Shown: positions 11,024 to 20,910 of the stretch, in pieces | Position numbering within the stretch: the first letter of the stretch is position 1 | Layout of the letters: the number at the start of each line of letters is the position of its first letter | Assembly (NCBI RefSeq): GCF_000011465.1 | Contig: NC_005072.1 | Span: 510,001-542,000 of the forward strand | Direction of reading: 5' to 3' | Source of the DNA: Prochlorococcus marinus subsp. pastoris str. CCMP1986 | GTDB taxonomy: Bacteria; Cyanobacteriota; Cyanobacteriia; PCC-6307; Cyanobiaceae | DNA: 32,000 nucleotides | Notes under the pieces: generated by a model | What the model saw: the letters and a program-made list of their open reading frames with translations, nothing else | The model's database searches: none | What the model was told of the DNA's origin: nothing | Translations under genes and position numbers: made by a program

Positions 11024-13321
11024 ATGTCAACAAAAACAAGTAGAGAGATTGCACTAGAAAGAAGAAAGGCTATGAGTGATGGCGGGAAAAAAGCTGCCTT
11101 ACATTCTTCTTCTACTAAAGATAGGGTTAGATCATCTCAAGATATAAATTCAACTGGAGCAACTTCTTCAAATAAAAAAGTTTTAACATCACCAAGTAAA
11201 TCTAATATACCTGCCAATAAAATTGCTAGAAAATCTACTTCATCAAAATTATCGAGTAAAGAACTTGGTATAGAAAGAAGAAAAGCAATGTCTACACATG
11301 GTAAATCAGCTATTAATTCTTCAGATAGAACACGTACTGATGTTAAAAGTGATATTAAAGTTAATAAAGTTATTTCAACCGAAAAACCTCAGGCCTTAAA
11401 AGACCACAATAACAATATTAAAGATAATCAAGTAGTTAAACAAAATATCAAAAGAAGAATTAATCAAAAGAGAAAACCGATAACAAATACAAGCAGAGAT
11501 ATTGTTTTAGCAAGAAGAGAAGCTCAATCTAAACATGGAAAATCAGCATCAAAACAAAATACAAGTGCTGCTTCTTTAGCGAGAAGAGGAGACCCGGATT
11601 TGTCTAGTAGGGAAATTTCTCAAAGGGTAAGAGAACTTAGAAGTAAAACAGGATCTACATCAAAACAAGGTAATGGTAAGTGTAGGCCATGTGGTCCAAA
11701 CAAAAATGGCTCTAAATTAAATATCGCTGATGCAAGTTGGAAAGTTGGAAAAAGTGAAACAGATTCTGGACAAACTGTTACGGGAACACAAGCAAACAGA
11801 TCTTTGAAAACAACAGGTAATGAAGCTAGCACCTGTAGAACAGTAACTGGGACACAATATATGGGAGCTGAGGTGACTGGTCAATTCTGTCAAGACAAAC
11901 CAAAATATAAACAACCTATAAGAGCATCTGTTACAACTACAACATCAGGGAATAAGGTTACTGGTAATGAAGTCGGAAGATCTGAAAAAGTTACTGGGGA
12001 TGAACCTGGGACTTGTAAAAACTTGACTGGAACAGAATATATTTCTGCTAATCAGTCAAAAAAATATTGTGGGGAAGTAATAAAAAAACCATCAAAGGTA
12101 ATGCAAAGTATAACAACTGATGGATTAAAAGTATCTGGTTCCTTGCCAGGAAGATCATCCTTAGTAACTGGAGATGAATCAGGATCTGGGAAGCAGTTGA
12201 CTGGCGATCAATATCTGGGATCAGAGCCTAGCCCAAAAGGAAAATCATTTGAAAAAGTTGGAAGTTATGACACTTTAAATGGAAATAACGTTACAGGAAC
12301 TGGTGTAGGAAGATCTGATTATGTAACAGGTAATGAATATGGTAGCTGTAAAAATCTGACGGGAGATGAATATATTGGTTCCCAGCAATATGAAAAATTC
12401 TGCGGATCTACTCCAAAGCCTGAGGCTAGGAAAGTTGGTTTGAGTCTCTCTTCCAAATCTAATTTGATAAGTGGAACAATGACAGGTAGATCAAAAATCG
12501 TAACAGGCGATGAGCCTGGTTCATGCAAGGTATTAACAGGAACTCCTTATGCAGGCTTAGATCAGATTAATGATAATTGCAATGCTGAAATTGCTGATGA
12601 TATGAAATCTCGAGCGACAGTCAATTCTGGCAATAATTCAAATGCTAGATTAACTGGACTGCAGCCAGGCATTGGTGGAGTAATGACTGGAGCAACAAAA
12701 GGTTCTTGTAAAAATTTAACTGGAACCCCATATATTGGAGGAGATCAGTTTTTATCAAATTGCGAAACACCACCAAACGATGCTTCTTATGCAAATCAAG
12801 AGAAGTCAGCCTCAAATTCTTGGAAGGAATTTTCTGTTAATTCACCATCAAGAGAAAAGTATTCAGCTAAAAATACAGAAGGAGTAACAGGTAATAGGTA
12901 TGAAGATAGTTCAAAGATTACAGGACCTTTTGATATGGCAGAAGATAAAGTCACGGGTACTGAGCAATTTAGATTTGAACCTAATAAAAATATGACTTAT
13001 AAACAAAAAATGAAACAAGAAGAAAGTCAAAATATTGATATTCCTACAGATAAAAAAGAGCCTTCTAAAATAACAGGTGAGGGTCAATCTGCAGGGAATA
13101 TAACAGGTGATGACTGGGATAGAGGAGATAAAGTTACGGGAACAGAAGGAGTTTCTGCTAGGAAGAGGAATCCATCAAGAGCGGGATTTATGGGGGCAAT
13201 GCCACCTGTTGATAATAAGAGAAATGATGAGACAGAAAAACCTGATTTTCTTATAACTGGATCTAGTGGTAACACTCGCGATGGACAACTGGTTACCTTT
13301 TCAGGTGGTGCAAGAGGTTAA
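11024..13321 (+). CDS. csoS2: Carboxysome assembly scaffold protein CsoS2
   Basis: ORF track starts at TTG 11015, but ATG 11024 gives MSTKTSREIALERRKAMS. N-terminal basic repeats, multiple middle repeats (VTGDEPGTCKNLTGTEYI...C) and C-terminal repeat region. Confidence 0.95.
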   Translation: MSTKTSREIALERRKAMSDGGKKAALHSSSTKDRVRSSQDINSTGATSSNKKVLTSPSKSNIPANKIARKSTSSKLSSKELGIERRKAMSTHGKSAINSSDRTRTDVKSDIKVNKVISTEKPQALKDHNNNIKDNQVVKQNIKRRINQKRKPITNTSRDIVLARREAQSKHGKSASKQNTSAASLARRGDPDLSSREISQRVRELRSKTGSTSKQGNGKCRPCGPNKNGSKLNIADASWKVGKSETDSGQTVTGTQANRSLKTTGNEASTCRTVTGTQYMGAEVTGQFCQDKPKYKQPIRASVTTTTSGNKVTGNEVGRSEKVTGDEPGTCKNLTGTEYISANQSKKYCGEVIKKPSKVMQSITTDGLKVSGSLPGRSSLVTGDESGSGKQLTGDQYLGSEPSPKGKSFEKVGSYDTLNGNNVTGTGVGRSDYVTGNEYGSCKNLTGDEYIGSQQYEKFCGSTPKPEARKVGLSLSSKSNLISGTMTGRSKIVTGDEPGSCKVLTGTPYAGLDQINDNCNAEIADDMKSRATVNSGNNSNARLTGLQPGIGGVMTGATKGSCKNLTGTPYIGGDQFLSNCETPPNDASYANQEKSASNSWKEFSVNSPSREKYSAKNTEGVTGNRYEDSSKITGPFDMAEDKVTGTEQFRFEPNKNMTYKQKMKQEESQNIDIPTDKKEPSKITGEGQSAGNITGDDWDRGDKVTGTEGVSARKRNPSRAGFMGAMPPVDNKRNDETEKPDFLITGSSGNTRDGQLVTFSGGARG

Positions 13322-13328
13322 TTAAATA

Positions 13329-14858
13329 ATGCCTTTGAGAGGACTGGCTAAAGCCAAGAACTTCACATTGGGGCCAACTGCTCCAATGAAAACCTTTACA
13401 GAAAATGTTCATTCACAGAATAATGAAATAAATAATTTAAAAAAAATTGATAAGACTCATAACTTAACTAATAATTCTCAGAATGAAAAACTTTATAAAT
13501 ATGAGAGTCAAATAAAAAGTAGTTTTGACAGAATTGTCCCTACTTTGAAAGAAATTGCTCGTATACAACATCATGAGGATTTCATAAATACAGCTCAATC
13601 TATATCTAAGCAAAATTTAGGAATAAATTTGCCAACACATATTTTAGATAAATCTTGGGTTAAACCATTAGATATGAGGGCCTTATATGCATGGTGCGCC
13701 TTTAAGCAGCATGAGAAATTAAGCGATAATTTTTTCGAAAATGATCCTTTAGAGGGGTCTTTTGGTAGTCCTAACGCAAATAATTTCGAGACAGCACTGC
13801 TAGATTGTGGAATTCATTTGTTAGACATAACGCCCTGCTCTGACGGAAGATTGGCTCATTCAGTAGCTTATGTAATGAGAATTCCATTTAGTGCAGTTAG
13901 AAGAAGATCACATGCAGGGGCACTCTTTGATATTGAAAATACTGTGAATAGATGGGTAAAAACTGAACATAAAAGATATAGAGAAAATAATCCAAATGAA
14001 GCCCATGAAGATACAAGGTATTTAAAAATCGTCACATACCATTTTAGTTCTGTTGACCCTTTACATCAGGGATGTGCGGCTCATGGTAGTGATGATAAAT
14101 TAGCAGCTAAGGAGGGTAGTGAAAAATTACTTGCTTTTAAGGAGGCGGTTGAAAATAGCTTCTGCTGCGGGGCTTCAGTAGATCTAATGTTAATTGGTCT
14201 TGATACTGATACTGATTCTTTAAAGATTCATTTATCTTCAAGTGACGGAAAGATTGATTTAGAAAATACTATTTCTAGTTTAGACATTTACAATTCCACA
14301 ATAAATTTTTCAAAAGACGAAGCAGAAAAAGAAATTTGTCAGATTATTTCAGGTAATTCTAATAAGGTTCAACTAAAGGGATTGGACAAGTTTGTCTATA
14401 AATTAATAGTCAATAATATTTCTCAGATTGATTATGTTAAGAAATTTCATAAAGGTTCTTATGAAGATATTGGTCATGCTGAAAGGTTTATTGGGGTTGG
14501 GATTGGTTTCAAAGAGGTTCATCTAAGAAATTTAACGTATTTTGCGCATCTTGATACAGTTGAAGAAGGAGCTCCTGATTTGGATGTGGGAGTAAAGATT
14601 TTTACAGGATTAAATGTTTCTCAAGATCTACCTATTCCAATAGTAATAAGATTTGATTATTCTGGTAAAGTACCTGGGGCGAAAGAAAGGGCTGCAAAAG
14701 ATTGTTATAGAGTCAATAATGCGATATCAATTAGATATAAAAGTTTAGTTGATAAAGGGTTGTTGCACACTTGTCTTACTATTAGAGATAGGGACAACAT
14801 TCATTCCGCCCAAATAATTGGAATGTCTTTAGATCAAAAAACAAAGGAGGCCCATTAA
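13329..14858 (+). CDS. csoSCA: Carboxysome shell carbonic anhydrase CsoSCA (CsoS3)
   Basis: 509-aa ORF downstream of csoS2; CSDGRLAHSVAYVMRIPFSAVRRRSHAGALFDIE and HGSDDKLAA motifs of the epsilon/beta-like carboxysomal carbonic anhydrase. Confidence 0.95.
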   Translation: MPLRGLAKAKNFTLGPTAPMKTFTENVHSQNNEINNLKKIDKTHNLTNNSQNEKLYKYESQIKSSFDRIVPTLKEIARIQHHEDFINTAQSISKQNLGINLPTHILDKSWVKPLDMRALYAWCAFKQHEKLSDNFFENDPLEGSFGSPNANNFETALLDCGIHLLDITPCSDGRLAHSVAYVMRIPFSAVRRRSHAGALFDIENTVNRWVKTEHKRYRENNPNEAHEDTRYLKIVTYHFSSVDPLHQGCAAHGSDDKLAAKEGSEKLLAFKEAVENSFCCGASVDLMLIGLDTDTDSLKIHLSSSDGKIDLENTISSLDIYNSTINFSKDEAEKEICQIISGNSNKVQLKGLDKFVYKLIVNNISQIDYVKKFHKGSYEDIGHAERFIGVGIGFKEVHLRNLTYFAHLDTVEEGAPDLDVGVKIFTGLNVSQDLPIPIVIRFDYSGKVPGAKERAAKDCYRVNNAISIRYKSLVDKGLLHTCLTIRDRDNIHSAQIIGMSLDQKTKEAH

Positions 14859-14861
14859 ATC

Positions 14862-15128
14862 ATGCTTATTTGCAAGGTATTGAAACCACTTGTTTCAACA
14901 AATAGAATACCGGGATTCGAGCATAAGCATCTTCAAGTAGTTTTAGATGGCTCTTCTAATAAGGTTGCCGTTGATGCTGTGGGATGTAAGCCCGGTGATT
15001 GGGTTATTTGTGTTGGTAGTTCTGCTGCTAGAGAAGCTGCAGGGAGTAAGTCATATCCAAGTGATTTAACGATTGTTGGAATTATTGATCATTGGGATCC
15101 CGATAGTCCAAAACAGATTGAGGTGTAG
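14862..15128 (+). CDS. csoS4A: Carboxysome vertex (BMV pentamer) protein CsoS4A
   Basis: 88-aa ORF MLICKVLKPLVSTNRIPGFEHKHLQVVLDG...; upstream Shine-Dalgarno AAAGGAGG. Confidence 0.95.
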   Translation: MLICKVLKPLVSTNRIPGFEHKHLQVVLDGSSNKVAVDAVGCKPGDWVICVGSSAAREAAGSKSYPSDLTIVGIIDHWDPDSPKQIEV

Positions 15129-15142
15129 AAATTTTGGAAATA

Positions 15143-15382
15143 ATGAAGGTATGTGGAAGAATGGTCTGCACCCAGAGAGTAGCTGGCCTTGGACACATGA
15201 ATTTGAGAATTTTAGAAAATAATAAAGGTAAAAAAGTTGTTGCAGTTGATCCTGTTGGAGCTAGAGAAGGTAATTGGGTATTTACTGCTAGTGGCTCAGC
15301 AGCAAGGTTTGCTTGCCCTAATCCAGAAGTTCAAACTGATTTAACCATTGGCGGAATTATTGATTACTGGGAATCTAATTAG
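15143..15382 (+). CDS. csoS4B: Carboxysome vertex (BMV pentamer) protein CsoS4B
   Basis: ORF track begins at TTG 15134; ATG 15143 gives MKVCGRMVCTQRVAGLGHMNLRIL..., the likelier start. Confidence 0.93.
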   Translation: MKVCGRMVCTQRVAGLGHMNLRILENNKGKKVVAVDPVGAREGNWVFTASGSAARFACPNPEVQTDLTIGGIIDYWESN

Positions 15383-15482
15383 ACTTTTATAGTTTTTGCT
15401 TGTCCTAATTTATTTGTCAAAATAATTAGTAAAAATATAAAATAAATGTATAGTATTAATTGCTGTTGCAAATTATGTCTTA

Positions 15483-15722
15483 ATGTGGAAACAAAGGGAA
15501 TCTCCTTCAAGAATTGAAAAAAGATTTGAGTTTGAAGAGTATCAAAAAATTAGTATATTTTTGAAAAAAACAGATGAATTATGTAAAGAAAAAAATATCT
15601 ATCCCAATATTAGTTTTGGTAAGAATTTTGTTAGTGTATCCATCTTTTTAGATTCTGAGGAAATACCAAGTAATGAAAAAGACTTTTCTATAAAATTAGA
15701 TAATTTCTTTTTAGAAAAATAA
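15483..15722 (+). CDS. Pterin-4a-carbinolamine dehydratase-like protein, probable alpha-carboxysome Rubisco assembly factor (acRAF)
   Basis: 79-aa ORF with RFEFEEYQKISIFLKKTDELCKEKNIYPNISFGKNFVSVSIF, a degenerate PCD-like pattern expected in this operon position. Confidence 0.75.
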   Translation: MWKQRESPSRIEKRFEFEEYQKISIFLKKTDELCKEKNIYPNISFGKNFVSVSIFLDSEEIPSNEKDFSIKLDNFFLEK

Positions 15723-15727
15723 TGTGC

Positions 15728-15955
15728 TTAATAATGATTAGGTTTATCTATATCTCTTTTAATTAGTGCCATTAAATAAGTAGGGGCTTTATATCTTCCA
15801 GGAAGGCATCTATTTAATGTTTCAAGATGACCCCAACAAACTGTCCTTTCAATCTCTTTTAGTGAATTTCCTTTTAAAATTAATAACCTTAGCGCTTTAC
15901 AAAATAAAGGGTAGCCTGCTTCTAGTTCGTCTATATTTAGCTTTGCTGCTGTCAT
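15728..15955 (-). CDS. Conserved hypothetical protein
   Basis: 75-aa ORF convergent with the acRAF-like gene. Confidence 0.6.
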   Translation of the reverse strand: MTAAKLNIDELEAGYPLFCKALRLLILKGNSLKEIERTVCWGHLETLNRCLPGRYKAPTYLMALIKRDIDKPNHY

Positions 15956-16040
15956 AGATCATAGAAGTTTTGTTATTTAATAATCTATACAAATATGGCG
16001 CATAATTGGTTCTTATTTCAAATTTCTAAATAATAATAAA

Positions 16041-16433
16041 TTAATCTAGAAAAGCCACGCAATCTATTTCAATTAAAACACCTTTTGGCAAAGAAGAAAC
16101 TTCTACACATGCTCTTGCCGGTGGGTTCTCCACATTAAAAAAATCACTATAAATATCGTTAACAGTTTTAAAATTTTTTAAATCAGTTAAATAAATAGTC
16201 GTTTTTATTACATCTTCTGCTTTTGCTCCTCCAGCATTAAGAACAGCTAAAAGATTTTTTAAAACTTGAGTAGTTTCTTTCTCAATATTACCTAGGCAAT
16301 TTATTTTATTTGAAACTGGATCGATGGCAATTTGACCCGAACAATAAATAAAATTTCCTGCTTTGATTGCTTGGTTATAGGGACCAACAGGGTCTGGTGC
16401 ATTAGCAGTCTTAATTACTTTTGTTGAAGACAT
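16041..16433 (-). CDS. ridA: RidA (YjgF/YER057c/UK114) family reactive intermediate deaminase
   Basis: 130-aa ORF: PVGPYNQAIKAGNFIYCSGQIAIDP, NPPARACVEVSSLPKGVLIEID. Confidence 0.95.
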   Translation of the reverse strand: MSSTKVIKTANAPDPVGPYNQAIKAGNFIYCSGQIAIDPVSNKINCLGNIEKETTQVLKNLLAVLNAGGAKAEDVIKTTIYLTDLKNFKTVNDIYSDFFNVENPPARACVEVSSLPKGVLIEIDCVAFLD

Positions 16434-16457
16434 TTGAATAGGGATATATATATAAAT

Positions 16458-17198
16458 TTAAACCCATGAATCTTTATTTGCTCTTAAAAAAGAAAATCCT
16501 TTTAAATTATCTGCTCTTAAAAACAGATTAATTTTCATCTCTTCTTCAAGTAGGCATGGAATTGTAAGTTCTTTTAAAGCTATTTTTTTTTCAACTTCAA
16601 TGAGTTTATTTTTAATATTTTGATTCTCTGGTTCAAGATCTAATGCCCACAAAAGATTTGATTTCGTATATTCATGAGCACAGTAGATGAGTGTGTTTTT
16701 GGGTAATGACTTAATTCTTTTGAGAGAATAATACATTTGTTTATAAGTACCTTCAAAGATTCTTCCACATCCAGCAGAAAATAAAGTATCACCAATGAAT
16801 AGAATAGGAACGTTGTTATTTATATAGAAAGCTATATGAGATCTTGTGTGTCCTATTACTTCGATTACTTTAACTTCTTCATCTAATAACTCTAATGTGT
16901 CTCCATCCTTAACGGATGAATTCTGAAATGGTATACGATCTTTTTCTTTACAGGAGGCTATAACCTTAACATTTGGCCATTCTTTTATAAGCTCTCTAGT
17001 CCCTCCAATATGATCTGAGTGATGATGAGTTTGTAATATAGCTTCTAAATTGAGATTATTAGTTTTTAGGTATTCTTTTACAGGTTGAGAAAGAGCAGGA
17101 TCAATAACTACTGCTGATCTATTTTTTTTCCAGAGCCAAATTATATTATCCCTTAGAACTCTTATCCCAATAATTTTATGCTCTTTATTAAATTCCAT
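16458..17198 (-). CDS. gloB: Hydroxyacylglutathione hydrolase (glyoxalase II)
   Basis: Metallo-beta-lactamase motif [20 protein letters not shown] track start 17381 would overlap hisG; ATG at 17198 gives a 246-aa protein [15 protein letters not shown]... Confidence 0.88.
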   Translation of the reverse strand: MEFNKEHKIIGIRVLRDNIIWLWKKNRSAVVIDPALSQPVKEYLKTNNLNLEAILQTHHHSDHIGGTRELIKEWPNVKVIASCKEKDRIPFQNSSVKDGDTLELLDEEVKVIEVIGHTRSHIAFYINNNVPILFIGDTLFSAGCGRIFEGTYKQMYYSLKRIKSLPKNTLIYCAHEYTKSNLLWALDLEPENQNIKNKLIEVEKKIALKELTIPCLLEEEMKINLFLRADNLKGFSFLRANKDSWV

Positions 17199-17241
17199 TA
17201 TTACCTTAGAATTAAAAAATTGTTTGAAAATAAATTGATCT

Positions 17242-17889
17242 ATGATTACTATAGCTTTACCTAAAGGAGCTCTGTTAGAAGATTCAATTTCAATTTTTAA
17301 AAAAGCAGGATTGAACTTCTCTGATGCATTACTAGAGAATAGTAGATCATTAACTGTCGAGTCGAAATGTAAACGAGCCAAAGCCTTACTGGTAAGAAAT
17401 GGAGATGTCCCAGTTTATGTAAGTTACGGGCAAGCAGATTTAGGAATTGTAGGTTATGACGTATTACAGGAATCTGAATTGAAAGTTGCTAAATTGCTTG
17501 ATTTAGAGTTTGGTGGATGTCACATGTCACTTGCTGTAAAAAATAATAGTAATTATTTAAAACCTACGGATCTTCCCGCTAATTGTAAAGTGGCAAGTAA
17601 ATTTACAAAAACTGCAAGAGCCTATTTTGATGATTTAAATATACCAGTTGAAATTGTTCATCTAACGGGATCAGTAGAGCTTGGACCTATTACTGGAATG
17701 GCAGAAGCTATAGTAGATTTGGTTGCCACAGGTAAGACTCTCAAAGAAAATGGTTTAAGTAAAATTGACGATCTTTTTTATTCAACTGCAAGGTTAATAG
17801 CTAATCCTCTCTCTCTAAGATTAGATAGCAACCCTCTCAGAGATGTGATTTTATCAATAGAATCTTCTAAGGATATATTAAATATTTAA
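17242..17889 (+). CDS. hisG: ATP phosphoribosyltransferase (short form)
   Basis: 215-aa [18 protein letters not shown]..., [44 protein letters not shown]. Confidence 0.95.
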   Translation: MITIALPKGALLEDSISIFKKAGLNFSDALLENSRSLTVESKCKRAKALLVRNGDVPVYVSYGQADLGIVGYDVLQESELKVAKLLDLEFGGCHMSLAVKNNSNYLKPTDLPANCKVASKFTKTARAYFDDLNIPVEIVHLTGSVELGPITGMAEAIVDLVATGKTLKENGLSKIDDLFYSTARLIANPLSLRLDSNPLRDVILSIESSKDILNI

Positions 17890-17893
17890 AGTA

Positions 17894-19690
17894 ATGTTTT
17901 TGAATGATTTTGATAGAATAAAAAAATTAGGTAGATATTTAACTAAAGATAAAAAAACTATTTATCTTATTCTAATAGTCTTATTACCGGTTTCATTTGC
18001 AGGGGCTATTCAACCATTATTAGTTGGTCAAGCTATAACAATCTTAAAAAATGAGAGCACAGATGTCTGGTTAAGTAAAACATTCTTTGGGCAATCTATA
18101 AATATAATTATTATCACTTTGTTTATAACTGTTCTTTTTAGATTAGTGTTGCAAGGATATCAATCATATAATATCCAATCTGTTGGACAAAGATTAACAG
18201 CAAGGATTAGAAGAGAACTTTTCGAACATTCTATTTCTCTTTCTCTTAAGTATCACGATAAAATGCCCGTCGGTAAATTACTAACAAGACTTACCAATGA
18301 TGTGGATGCATTGGCTGAGGTTTTTGGCAGTGGCGCAGTCGGAGTTATTGCTGATTTTGTTAGTCTTATAGTCATTTCGTTGACAATGCTTTCTATAGAT
18401 AAAGGATTGGCAACTTTGCTTCTCTTAACTCAAATTCCTGTTTCATATTTTATTATCTGGCTTCAAAAACGCTATAGAAAAGCAAATTATCAAGTAAGAG
18501 AGGAATTATCTCAACTTAACTCTGACTTCCAAGAGAATCTTCAAGGTTTAGAGGTCGTTCAAATGTTTAGGAGAGAATTTTTCAATAGTAGGAAATTTTC
18601 TAATACGGGTATTGCTTACCAGAAAGCAGTTAATGGGACCATTTTTTACGATAGTAGTATATCTGCTTTTATAGAATGGATATCCCTTGCAGCAGTGTCA
18701 TTAGTATTGGCGGTGGGAGGGTATCTAGTAACTTCGGGCAATATTGGTTTAGGAACATTAACAACTTTTATTCTTTACTCCCAAAGACTCTTCGAGCCTT
18801 TAAGACAGTTAGCAGAGAGATTTACACAGATTCAAGGGGGACTTACTGCTGTAGAGAGAATAAATGAATTATTAGATGAAGAAATTGAGATTAAAGACTC
18901 TATTTATACTCAACAACTTTCAGGAGGAATTTTAAGTAAGGATTATAAATTTAAAGGGAAGATTGAATTTCGGAATGTAAATTTTTTTTATAACGAGGGT
19001 GAACATGTAATAAAAGACCTATCATTTTTAATTAATCCAGGAGAACATGTAGCTTTTGTTGGCCCAACTGGTTCTGGTAAAACAACCATAATAAGGTTGT
19101 TATGTAGACTATATGAGCCTCAAGAAGGCCAGATTTTGATAGATGATGTAGATATTAAGGGTATACCAATAGCAAGACTTAGAAATATGCTTGGTGTCGT
19201 GCTGCAAGATACTTTTATTTTTAGTGGTGATGTTTCAGAAAACTTAAAATTAAGTACCGATATTAATAAACAAGACTTAGAAAATATTTGTAAAGAGCTT
19301 GGTTTAGATACTTTATTGAAAAAATTGCCTGATGGTTTGAATACTTATCTTAGAGAGAGGGGAGGTAATCTTTCATCCGGAGAAAGACAACTTCTTTCTG
19401 TTGCTAGGGTAGCCATAAGAAATCCAATTATCTTGATAATGGACGAAGCTACTGCATTTATGGATCCATCTACAGAAGCAACCTTGCAAAAAGATCTTGA
19501 AAGAATATTGAATAAAAGAACGGCATTAGTGATCGCGCATAGATTAGCTACTATTGAGAAATCTGATAAGATATTAGTCTTAAAAGGGGGAACTTTAATT
19601 GAAGAAGGGAATCATAGAGAGCTTAGACTCAAAAAAGGATTATATTTCCAACTTTCCGAGCTTCAAGAAAAGGGATTTGCTAGCTTTTAA
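17894..19690 (+). CDS. ABC transporter, fused permease and ATP-binding protein (MsbA/multidrug exporter type)
   Basis: 598-aa ORF with Walker A GPTGSGKTT, signature LSSGERQLL, Walker B IILIMDEAT. Confidence 0.92.
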   Translation: MFLNDFDRIKKLGRYLTKDKKTIYLILIVLLPVSFAGAIQPLLVGQAITILKNESTDVWLSKTFFGQSINIIIITLFITVLFRLVLQGYQSYNIQSVGQRLTARIRRELFEHSISLSLKYHDKMPVGKLLTRLTNDVDALAEVFGSGAVGVIADFVSLIVISLTMLSIDKGLATLLLLTQIPVSYFIIWLQKRYRKANYQVREELSQLNSDFQENLQGLEVVQMFRREFFNSRKFSNTGIAYQKAVNGTIFYDSSISAFIEWISLAAVSLVLAVGGYLVTSGNIGLGTLTTFILYSQRLFEPLRQLAERFTQIQGGLTAVERINELLDEEIEIKDSIYTQQLSGGILSKDYKFKGKIEFRNVNFFYNEGEHVIKDLSFLINPGEHVAFVGPTGSGKTTIIRLLCRLYEPQEGQILIDDVDIKGIPIARLRNMLGVVLQDTFIFSGDVSENLKLSTDINKQDLENICKELGLDTLLKKLPDGLNTYLRERGGNLSSGERQLLSVARVAIRNPIILIMDEATAFMDPSTEATLQKDLERILNKRTALVIAHRLATIEKSDKILVLKGGTLIEEGNHRELRLKKGLYFQLSELQEKGFASF

Positions 19691-20220
19691 TGATTTTTAG
19701 GAACAAAAGGTCATCAATTAAGAAAACAAATATTCTTTCTCAAGATGAGCTGATTAAACATTATGGTATAAATTCTTATGAATTCACCCATCAAGAGAAA
19801 AAAGAGATATTTGTTTGTAGCAAGGTCAAGGAATTTGACCTTATTGAGTTAGATCAACTTTTGCAGACTGTAGGATGGAGCAGGAGGCCAATAAGGCGAG
19901 TTAAAAGAGCTTTAGAATTTAGTATTCTAGTAGTTGGGTTATGGCGTCATGATGAGAAATTTCCTAGGCTTGTAGGTTTCGCTAGATGTACTGGGGACGG
20001 GATTATTGAGGCAACTATTTGGGATGTTGCTATCAATCCTGTTTATCAAGGACTTGGTTTAGGTAAAGAATTGATGAAATATATATTGCAAGAATTAAAA
20101 AAAATTGGGATATCAAAGGTTACTTTATTCGCGGACGCCGAGGTGGTTTCATTTTATAAAAGGCAGGGTTGGGAATTAGAACCAAAAGGTTCAAAATGTG
20201 CTTTTTGGTATGCAAATTAA
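19690..20220 (+). CDS. GNAT family N-acetyltransferase
   Basis: 176-aa ORF with IWDVAINPVYQGLGLGKELMKYIL acetyl-CoA binding motif. Confidence 0.88.
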   Translation: MIFRNKRSSIKKTNILSQDELIKHYGINSYEFTHQEKKEIFVCSKVKEFDLIELDQLLQTVGWSRRPIRRVKRALEFSILVVGLWRHDEKFPRLVGFARCTGDGIIEATIWDVAINPVYQGLGLGKELMKYILQELKKIGISKVTLFADAEVVSFYKRQGWELEPKGSKCAFWYAN

Positions 20221-20221
20221 T

Positions 20222-20905
20222 TTAATTTTTGTAGTAATCATTATGTAAAGATTTTATTGACTCTCCTCTTAACCATCTTTTCCTATAACTCCAATTCTTG
20301 AATGCTTGAAAAATGATATTAGTTTTTTCCCACTTCCTACTACTTGTATAAATTGGAATAGTTAATCTTTTTAAAGATGTCTTATTCTTTAATCTTTTTA
20401 TAAAATCTAAATCCTCCATCAAAGGAATTTTTCTATAACCTTTATTCTTAAAATATATTTCCCTGTGAATTAAGAGACCTTGATCACCATATGGATCTTT
20501 GAAGATATAGCTTCTTAGGTTTACAACTATCTCGAGAAATCTGTAAATAATTTTTTTATTATTAATCTTGAATTTAAAAAAATAAACAGAATTTTCATCG
20601 TATCTCATTACTGACTTCACTTTTTTTAACCAATCTTGATTAAGCCTAGAATCGGCATGTAAGAAAATAAACCATTTTCCTGTAGCCTTTTTGGCTCCGA
20701 TATTTAATTGCAACCCTCTGTTCTTTTTTTTTGATTTATGTATCTTTGATCCATATAATTTTCCTATCTCTACAGTTTTATCCTCACTATTACAATCTAC
20801 AATTAGTATCTCTGCTTCCTCATTAGAAATTGATAAATCCGAGAGAAGTAATGGTAAGTATTGAGATTCGTTATAAGTTGGAATAATAATTGAGATTTTA
20901 TGCAA
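20222..20905 (-). CDS. Family 2 glycosyltransferase, TIGR04283-like
   Basis: 227-aa ORF: ISIIIPTYNESQYLPLLLSDL, ADSRLNQDW, DPYGDQGLLIHREIYFKNKGYRKIPLMEDLDF. Confidence 0.85.
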   Translation of the reverse strand: MHKISIIIPTYNESQYLPLLLSDLSISNEEAEILIVDCNSEDKTVEIGKLYGSKIHKSKKKNRGLQLNIGAKKATGKWFIFLHADSRLNQDWLKKVKSVMRYDENSVYFFKFKINNKKIIYRFLEIVVNLRSYIFKDPYGDQGLLIHREIYFKNKGYRKIPLMEDLDFIKRLKNKTSLKRLTIPIYTSSRKWEKTNIIFQAFKNWSYRKRWLRGESIKSLHNDYYKN

Positions 20906-20910
20906 GTTAA

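Noticed and set aside
11730-12780. Periodic DNA similarity resembling a tandem repeat array
   Set aside because: It reflects the known middle repeats of CsoS2 protein, not CRISPR or satellite DNA.
11620-13275. Minus-strand ORFs inside csoS2 (11620-11832, 11717-11914, 12319-12528, 13084-13275)
   Set aside because: Antisense shadows produced by the repetitive csoS2 sequence.
17199-17381. 61-aa N-terminal extension of gloB in the ORF track
   Set aside because: It would run antisense into the start of hisG; the internal ATG at 17198 gives a normal-length glyoxalase II.
18676-18867. 63-aa + ORF inside the ABC transporter gene
   Set aside because: Alternative-frame ORF within a well-supported CDS.
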